From: Vitrella brassicaformis CCMP3155
Lineage: Eukaryota > Protista > Chromerida
DNA: 7,158 nt
NCBI GenBank assembly: GCA_001179505.1
Contig: CDMY01000986.1
Coordinates: forward strand, 1-7,158
Direction of reading: 5' to 3'
Shown: piece by piece, positions 1-6,865 of the stretch
How positions within the stretch are numbered: the stretch's first letter is position 1
Layout of the letters: the number at the start of each line of letters is the position of its first letter
Program-made: the position numbers and the translations under genes
Notes under the pieces: generated by a model
What the model saw: only the letters and a program-made list of their open reading frames with translations
Database searches by the model: none
Told to the model about the DNA's origin: nothing

Positions 1-184
1 ACTTAATCCTTTATCCGGGACTGACCGCCCGGCAGATCCTCTCTTCACCATTCTCCCCGACTCTCTCCCACCTATTCTTACATGACTCTCGTCGATCCAT
101 GAATTAAATCGCTTCCATGACACACAGATGAACACCCATTCAGCAGTCAACACATCAGCCAACCGTCCACTCGTCAGATCCGTC

Positions 185-1683
185 TCATCTCACTGGTACC
201 ACAGCCTTCATCGCCTCTGTGTCCCTCTCCCCTGCATCCCTCCCCTCATAAAGTGCGTTGAACACACCATACAGCGACTGCACCTCACCCCTGGTCATCC
301 CACCCCGCTGCAAAACGTTCCTCACCCTCTCAAACAGCAGCTGCCGACGCCTTGGACCCTCGTAAGCCGGGTTCGACGTCGTCTCGATGATCGTCTGCAG
401 CCTCCCGAAGAAATGTGACAGCTCTTCTCTCGTCGCCAGGCGGTCGTTGTCGCGCATGTGTCGAGTGCTGTCCTGCCCTGTGTCGAGCGTCCAGTCGTCC
501 AGCTGGTGGGCCGCCCCGGCCATGTCTGTGGCGAGGATGGTCTCACGCACGTGTGCCGATCGTTCGAGAAAGATCTCGTATAGGATGATGTTGACGGACT
601 GCGCAAGGTTGAGGCTGCTGAAGTAGGGATTGGCGGGGATCTGGATGACCTCGTCGGCATAAGTCAGGTCCTCATTGGTCAGACCATTGGTCTCGGGACT
701 ACAGAAGCGACACACAGGGGGAGTGTGAGTGTGCCAAGTGGGCACTGTGTCTGTTGTATTTTCCTCACCCGAACATAATGGCAACTTTGTAGCCCTACAC
801 ACACGCAGGACAGCAAATTTGTAAGACGCATGCCTTTGCTCTGAGATGTCCAGCAGTTGGCACCTGTTGGTCAGCAAGTCTGTGGACCTCTTTGGCCTGC
901 CCTCGTGGCGTCCACACACGCGACGCGAGGCGGCCTCGCGCACGGGCTGTCGTCGCAAACACCCTCTCCACATCCTGAGCACACACACGTACAGGCACCA
1001 TGTGTCATCGAACCATGTTAACATGTTAACATGGAGCCGGCCATTGATTTGTACCTTGAGGGCCTCCTTGAGTGAGGGAAACACCTCTGCCTCATCGAGA
1101 ATCGCCTCCTGACAGCAGCACGTGGCCGAAACGGATCGATGCATCGCTTGCCAGCCAGTCTAGATAGCTTACGGCTCGGACGGCTCTCCCCCGTGCGTCA
1201 TCGCTGCGGATGTCACACTGGGGATTCACCACACGCAGATTCGGCACCTGCGAAGGCAACGAAAGAAGTGAGTGAAAAGATTGTCGCTCGCATGCAGCTC
1301 GTGTCCACCTCACCCCGAAGTTCATCATGGCCCTCGCTGTCGCACCGACATTTTGGTCGAGGAACGGCTCGACCATGACGACCACCACTGAGCCGCCACT
1401 GGTGGTCACAAACTTCCAGGCGTCGTCCTTGGACATGTGGTTGGTGTTCTGCACACACCACCCAGCCATCCCCCATCACACACACACACAGAGACTGAGT
1501 GGATGCATGTCATAATGCGTTTCAGATTCATTGACCCACCTGCACGCGCATCTGCATGAGCCGTCTTCGGGCGCGCTGCACAGGCTTGCTCACGCCATGA
1601 TGCAGTCGCTTCCGTGGCTGGACGACGAAAGCTGTGGCGCAGAGAGGCAGCGTGACGGCCAGCAGTGCCAGAAGGAGAATCAT
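185..1683 (-). CDS. trmJ: TrmJ/LasT-family SPOUT tRNA (C32/U32 2'-O) methyltransferase with N-terminal signal + transit peptide; 7 exons, ~352 aa
   Basis: Exons in transcript order: 1540-1683, 1314-1448, 1173-1247, 1055-1108, 864-974, 769-794, 185-698. Total 1059 nt, all GT-AG introns of 64-91 nt, frame preserved, in-frame TGA upstream of the ATG, stop TGA at 185-187. Spliced protein has the family motifs VVVMVEP..NVGATARAMMNFG-VPNLRVVNP, ATTAR, KVAIMFGPETNGLTNEDL and IPANPYFSSLNLAQSVNIILYE. It also has a TrmJ-type C-terminal helical domain (ATREELSHFFGRL...RVRNVLQRGGMTRGEVQSLYGVF). The donor of intron 795-863 (CAG|GTGCCA) is the least certain junction. Confidence 0.88.
1477..1490. repeat. 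(CA)7 microsatellite in intron 1 of trmJ-like gene ((TG)n on the sense strand)
   Basis: cacacacacacaca seen directly. Confidence 0.85.
1540..1683 (-). other. Bipartite targeting leader (signal peptide + basic transit peptide) encoded by exon 1 of the trmJ-like gene
   Basis: MILLLALLAVTLPLCATA is hydrophobic with an A-x-A cleavage motif. It is followed by FVVQPRKRLHHGVSKPVQRARRRLMQMRVQ, which has Phe at +1, 9 K/R and no D/E. Confidence 0.75.
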
Positions 1684-1864
1684 CGCAGCTTCGACGAGAA
1701 GAGCTTGGCATCAGTGCGCATCCGATCGGGAGAGATCTGCCGACGATCGGAATTCAGCTCGCAGAGCAAAACGGAGGGGACGAATGGGACGCTCCGGCGA
1801 TGAAGGACGGTGGCCTTAGTGGCAGAGGGAAAGATCTTTTCGATTCATGAATTGCATCCTTGTG
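1684..1864. promoter_or_regulatory. Short head-to-head intergenic region, probable bidirectional promoter/5' UTRs of trmJ-like and TatD genes
   Basis: Divergent start codons at 1683 (-) and ~1865 (+) lie only ~181 bp apart. No specific element was identified. Confidence 0.5.
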
Positions 1865-3512
1865 ATGATGATGGCCTTCATCGACATCGCCGTCAACCTG
1901 ACAGATCCCATGTACCAGGGCATCTATCACGACAAGCAGCGGCACGAGGCGGACCTGCAAAGAGTGCTGGAGAGGGCAAAGGCCGCAGGCGTGCACAAGA
2001 TGATTGTCACAGGCACGCAGAGCAGACACACAGAATCAGTGAGTGAGATCTCTCTCTGGTGATTCACTGGTATCCATTGCATTGCAGGTGGCAGCTTGGA
2101 GGACAGCCAAAAGGCCATCGACCTCTGCAGGGAGTACGGTAAGCAGTGCATGGCATGGCATGGCAACCCCTTCAGAAACCATCCCCCCCATTTATTGATC
2201 CATTATGGTCACCTCCTTCCTTCATCCATCAGATCCGTCCGGCGGCGTGCTGTACTGCACTGTGGGCGTTCATCCGACCCGCTGCAATGACTTCATTGAC
2301 AAGGCAGAGACCCCCGAGGCACACCTGAGGGCGCTGCGGGAGCTGGTGGAGGGCAACCGGGACAGAGTGGTGGCCATCGGGGAGATTGGCCTTGGTACGT
2401 ACGTTGGCACAGAAACCGAGAGCATTGCTCAGCATTGTTGGCTGTGTTGTCATTGATTGGGTCTGCTTGCCTCACTCCTCAGATTTCGAGCGCGAGATGT
2501 TCTGTGTGGCTGACACGCAGAAACGGTACGAGAGAGGGCCGCGCATGGAGTGAGAGAGAGAGCGGCGGCCTGGCGTGTGTGTTGTGTTGTGGGTGTCAGG
2601 TTCTTCGAGGCGCACTTAGATCTTGTGGATGCTCTTGAGCTGCCGATGTTCCTGCACATGAGGGCGGCTGCCGACGCCTTCTGTGGTATCGATGGCCGCA
2701 AGCCTCGGTGCCAGCAGGGATGATGGCAATTTCGTGTTCTTCCGCTGCGATCATTGCAGACATCCTATCTCGGAATCGGCAGAAATGGGAGAGGGTTGGA
2801 GGGGTGTCGCACTCGTTCACCGGTGGGCAAACCCACACGGACGCACAGACGAGTGGAGTGGCTGCATGACGCGCTGCATTGGCTGGGTTTGTATGCTCAG
2901 GGACGGCAGAAGAGCTGCAGAAGGTCATTGATCTAGGCCTCTGCATCGGTAGAAAGAAAGGCTTCTCTCACCGCCCCGGAGTGTTCTGATGGATTTGATT
3001 GGCTCATGACCTGATCGATCAGGCCTGAATGGGTGTTCGCTCAAGACGGATGAGAACCTTGATGTGGCGGCACAGGTGCCGGAACATCTCGTCATGCTCG
3101 AAACAGGTCTGTCTGCAGCCCAAACCGACACGGGGCTCCTCGCTGCACATGTGTGTGTGTGTGTGTGTGTCCATGTCAGATGCCCCCTGGTGCGACATCC
3201 GCCCGACACACGCTTCCAGCAGTTTTGTCAAGACCGACATCGACTGCGTCAAGAAGCCCGAGAAATGGGAGCCGGCCAGGCAGGTCAAGGGGAGGAATGA
3301 GCCCTGCAACATGGTGCAGGTGGCGGAGGCGGTGTTCGGTGTGCGGGCTGCCAGGGGGAGGACAACACATGACTTCAACGCATTCTGCAACACGTGAGCG
3401 CCGCTGTGCATCCCGATTTGTGCGCGTGTGTGCACTCACTGGCTTGGTTCTGGTGTGGGTGTGCAGGGTGGTGTCCAACACGCTGCGGCTGTTCACCAAG
3501 CTGAAGGCCTAG
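1865..3512 (+). CDS. TATDN1: TatD-family DNase/exonuclease, TATDN1 type; 10 exons, ~312-314 aa
   Basis: Exons: 1865-2012, 2088-2138, 2233-2394, 2483-2525, 2600-2685, 2760-2822, 2901-2948, 3023-3106, 3180-3393, 3467-3512. Total 945 nt, stop TAG at 3510-3512; the start could be ATG 1847, 1865, 1868 or 1871. Spliced protein has FIDIAVNLTDPMYQG, IVTGGSLEDS, CTVGVHPTRC, VVAIGEIGLDFER, LPMFLHMR, GGVSHSFTG, IGLNGCSLKT, MLETDAPWC and KGRNEPC. These are the TATDN1 signature motifs with metal ligands E/H/H/D present. Intron 1 requires a GC donor. Confidence 0.93.
2013..2087 (+). other. Probable non-canonical GC-AG intron (TatD intron 1, 75 nt)
   Basis: ACAG|GCACGC...TTGCAG|GT joins to give the conserved VTGGSL. 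The nearby GTGAGT at 2039 is in the wrong phase, and GTGAGA at 2043 would insert ~10 aa into a conserved motif and leave an atypically short 45-nt intron. Confidence 0.65.
3150..3170. repeat. (GT)10 microsatellite in TatD intron 8
   Basis: t(gt)10 seen directly, just upstream of the acceptor. Confidence 0.9.
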
Positions 3513-3840
3513 GCGATTTTCATTGTGTGTCTGTGTGGGTTGACTGAGTATTTATTTGTGTGCGTGGCGTGGGGGAGAGAGTGGCTGCGTGACGGTTGAT
3601 GTGACTTGACAGAAAGGCACGCCAGGCCATCCGACAGACACGCATCAGTCAGTCCCCCCATGACAGCAAAATTAGCTAAGTCAGTCTTTGCACATCGATC
3701 AATCAGCATGGCATGCAGCAGAGGTTTGGCACCTCAAAGTGGGGTACACCCTCACAAACACGGATAAACACACAGCCCCTCCCTACACACACAAACAAAC
3801 CACTTAGCCCACACCCAGCTAGAAGGAGAGACCCACTCGA

Positions 3841-6395
3841 CTACTCTATGGTGAACTCTACAACGCCCTTATGTCGCCTAGTATCATCAATATCATCATC
3901 ATCAAGCCCATCATCCTCACTGCCGCCGCCATCGCCCTCGCCGCTCTGGGTGCGGCTGGGCAGGGCAATCCCGCCCGTGGTGCCCTGCCTGTCCCTCCCC
4001 CGCCCCCTCGGCTGCATCTCCTGCAGCATTCCCTTGTCCTCCTTCAGGGCCACATACCGCCGCTGACGCTGGCCGTAGCACACGTAGTGCTGACACAAGA
4101 TCACACAGCACCAAAATATCTGCCAACACAACACAACACAACACACACACACGAGGCACTGAATGAGTGGAACAAAGTGTGTGTGTGTGTCTGTGTGTGT
4201 CAAATAGGGGTTACTTACCGATGCTAGGCTGACGGCCATTTTGGGTATGTTGCCGAAGACGAAGGAGGAGTCGCCGTAGTGAAGGGCGTCGAGGACGTTC
4301 TGCAGCATCGAGAACAGACCACCGCACAGATCCAACTGGATGTGCTGAATCGCCATCCCTGTCAGAAAGACACACAGACACGGATGGTACCTACCGTGTG
4401 TCGCCCGCCGCTTGTTTGGCTTGGCACATCAATAGGTACTCACCATGTGTGGATCTGCGTGTGAAGTTGAGCTTCACTTGGGGGATGTACTTGATCACCG
4501 TAATGCCCGCCTTCACCAGACCTGCACACACACACAAAAGACACACACACAGGGGATGTTCCCTCCACTCGCCCATTCCCTGCAGGTATTCCGTCCCCTC
4601 CCTCCCCCAAGCCGCCCACCAAGGTAGGTGACGACGCTGTATGTCTGCCAGGCGACCTTCTCCCTCCCCTGCGTCAGCGGCGTCAGGTCCACCCACGGCA
4701 TCACGCCCCCAAAAGCCAGCAGGGATTGGAACACAAGTCCCGCAAACATGAGGAAGCACAGCAGCAGGCACGTCCTCGAGTGGATCTGCCCGCCCCGGTG
4801 CAGCGACTGTATCTGCATCTCAATCAGCATCGTGGCCGCCATGCTGTGGCACGCGAAGAAGACGTCATGCGGTTCCACGGCTGACGGCAGGGCGTATCGC
4901 GTCTCGAGGAAGAATGACGAGACCGTGTAGAGGCTGTAGGCCGAGTAGCCCACGACGTTGTAGAAGTTGAGGTCCAGGCTGTAGCCCTCCACGCTCTTCC
5001 GCTGGTGGTTCAGTATCACCTGGGGGTAGAAACAGACCGTCCAGCAGAAGACGTACGCCACACCACACAGGAAGGACAGCACCCCCAAGACGCTCGAGAA
5101 CTGACCCCCAGCCGTCGCGTCGCCTTCGTCAACACCCCGCAGCAGTGGCGCCATGTACGCCTTCACCGTCGACACCCCTTCACCCGACTTGGACCGCACC
5201 TTGTAGAAGGCCCGCCACTTCTGCCCCGTCACAATCACCGGCAGGTTGGCCTCCTGCCGCCTCAGGCGGCCAGCAAACATCACTCCAGCCACACAGCACT
5301 TGAAGTCCGGCTCAGTCGTCATCAGCTCTCGGCAGGAGAAAGCAAGAGGGGCCTCGCCGGTGGTGGTGCGTGCCACATTAAGTGTGAGCAGCCAGGAGGT
5401 CTCTCTGACAGCCACGATAACACGGCCGGTCAGCCCGTCGCCCGGGATGGCGTCGATTGCGTCCAGCTGCAGGCCGCTCACGCCGGGCGGTATCTTGCCG
5501 ATGTGCCAGGCGATCTCCTTGTCGCACGTCGATACGTTGAACCTCTGCAGGTACTGCAGGGTCTCGGCGTCGAGCACGTGGATGCTCTCCGACCGATTGG
5601 TCAGCAGCACATAGCGGCCGAAGTGCGTAAGGCCCCAGGGGCCCTTGCTGATGCCCTGGGTGACTTGTGCCGACAGCGGGGCGTTCGATGTGACGACAGG
5701 GTGTGCCGGGGGGAGAGGGACTGTCACGAGCTCAGCGATGGGGGGCTCGGTAGCGGTGGCGTTGTCGGCTCTCTGAGGTAGCGTGATGACGGCGATCTCC
5801 GACCAGTTGCTTGGCGAGAGGGTCAGCCCCCTGAGGGTCCATCCAGCGGGAAAGGCCACCTCCTGCACCATGCGGACGTCCAGCGCCTTCTTGCCGCCCT
5901 GCTGCCTCATCCGCCAGACGAAGAGCTTGCCGTCCTCTGTGCTGTTGCCTGCAATGGAGGTCTCGATGAAGTGCGTGTCGTTGATTCGGGCGAGGCCCTG
6001 CGTGTTGGCGTCGGTGCGGTGGGTGAGGGACTTGCCCTCGACGCGCAGATGGAAGAAAGGCTCCTGACAGGGAGGACACACACAGACATCCATCCATCCA
6101 GCCACCCACGAGCAGTGTTCCACCCACTTCGGCCTCCCACCTTCTTGTCGGTACTCTTCTTGCTCGTTCGTTGCAGCAGCGCCTTAGCCTGTGCCGCGTG
6201 CACCTGCTCCATTATAGCTGTCGTCTGCGTGCCGTCGAAGACCCTCTCGCCAGCACCCTTCAAGTTGCTCTGATCATCAGCATCATCGCCATCAGCATCA
6301 TCGCCTCGCTGTGACCGGGCGAGGGCCGCAGCGAGAGCAACAGCAGCGATGCACAACAGACATGACGTGAGGCGCATCTGCCGCCGCGGCGGCAT
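3841..6395 (-). CDS. CTNS: Fusion protein: signal peptide + glutaminyl cyclase (glutamine cyclotransferase)-like beta-propeller + cystinosin-like 7-TM PQ-loop transporter; 5 exons, ~731 aa
   Basis: Exons in transcript order: 6141-6395, 4620-6063, 4444-4521, 4219-4358, 3841-4119. Total 2196 nt, GT-AG introns of 77, 98, 85 and 99 nt, stop TAG at 3841-3843; alternative starts at 6416 or 6377. Signal peptide MRLTSCLLCIAAVALAAALA. Cystinosin motifs: CWTVCFYPQVILNHQRKSVEGYSLD, EPHDVFFACH, VKAGITVIKYIPQVKLNFTRRSTHG, QLDLCGGLFSMLQ, FGNIPK and QHYVCY. The symbol applies to the C-terminal half only. Confidence 0.88.
4051..5100 (-). other. Cystinosin-like PQ-loop transmembrane domain (two PQ motifs; spans introns)
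   Basis: First PQ is FYPQ (YPQ codons 5020-5028) and second is YIPQ (4478-4489). There are seven hydrophobic segments, and the TM7 region aligns without gaps to human cystinosin K335-Y357. Confidence 0.92.
4124..4200. repeat. Compound simple repeats (CAACA)4/(CA)n and (GT)n in last intron of fusion gene
   Basis: caacacaacacaacacaacacacacacac at 4124-4152 and gtgtgtgtgtgtgtctgtgtgtgt at 4177-4200, which are mutually complementary. Confidence 0.85.
5197..6054 (-). other. Type I (plant/bacterial) glutaminyl cyclase-like beta-propeller domain, luminal, probably catalytically degenerate
   Basis: Collinear matches to type I QC motifs across ~285 aa: HRTDANTQGLARINDTHFIETS (cf. HDP.AFTQGL....DTL.EST), TLRGLTL (FGEGLTL), GPWGLTHFGRYVLLTNRSESIHVLDAETL (GWGL..DG..L..SDG...LY..DP.T), LDAID (LNELE), VAGV (LNGI) and VIVTGQKWRAFYKV (FVTGK.W..LFEI). 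Six N-glycosylation sequons: NDT, NST, NWS, NAT, NRS, NVS. Confidence 0.75.
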
Positions 6396-6723
6396 CCGTA
6401 ACCGCCAGTGACTCATTCTTCCGCTGCACTTCGTTGACAAGTGCTGAACCGCATAGATTTCGACGGATCTTGGCCCTGCTGCTCGCCTGTTAGTCCAGTA
6501 TGCCGTTCTTCGGCCAAGAGAGGCTCCGATCTCTCTGTTTGCGTTTTCTTTTCAAGAGTTAGAGCGGAGACCGAGTTACACGGGCGAGATCTACGAGACA
6601 TGAGTTTGCGATGGTTGTGGACTCAAACTTGCGTGTCCATGAGACCTCCGTCGTCACTGAATGCTTCTTTCGGCTTCGTCACATTCCTACTCGCTACCCC
6701 GAGCTACTGCTGATACTCCAACT

Positions 6724-6739
6724 GGTTATGAACGCCCAC
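6724..6739 (+). other. Putative primer-binding site complementary to the anticodon arm of initiator tRNA-Met
   Basis: GGTTATGAACGCCCAC is the reverse complement of GTGGGC-TCATAACC plus an AC insertion. Its position between an LTR-like end and gag fits a PBS. Confidence 0.45.
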
Positions 6740-6865
6740 ATCGGGTGTGATGAGCCATCTGGCGTGCCTTCCCTCACCATCTGTCGAGACACCATCTTCC
6801 CGGTGATGATGACCGAGCAACGTGATGTCATCCAACAAATGCCACACAGTGAGTTGTGGTACAAG

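Noticed and set aside
1-184. Left-end non-coding stretch with ATTAAA at ~103-108
   Set aside because: It is probably the 3' UTR/intergenic region of the trmJ-like gene. A single hexamer is not enough to support a feature.
795-833. Alternative GC donor (AAG|GCATGC) for trmJ intron 5
   Set aside because: It would give a 39-nt intron, far below the 64-99 nt range seen here. An in-phase GT donor at 863 gives a typical 69 nt.
185-1144. 319-aa minus ORF as a stand-alone protein
   Set aside because: Its N-terminal part runs through introns and out-of-frame exons. Only 1055-1108 and 185-698 are in-frame coding parts of the spliced trmJ-like gene.
5005-5781. 258-aa plus-strand ORF (and 5246-5614, 4628-4930)
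   Set aside because: These are antisense shadows of the GC-rich coding exon of the fusion gene, with no recognisable motifs.
4513-6123. 536-aa ORF start MEHCSWVAGW... and end ...CVFCVCVQVW
   Set aside because: Both ends are intronic (6064-6140 and 4522-4619). The real coding part is 4620-6063.
6290-6320. RGD motif after the signal peptide of the fusion protein
   Set aside because: It is part of a low-complexity acidic linker (RGDDADGDDADD) and is likely chance.
6611-6727. N-terminal part of the 146-aa plus ORF as a host protein
   Set aside because: It falls in the putative LTR/PBS and has no recognisable motif. Only the part from ~6866 resembles gag.
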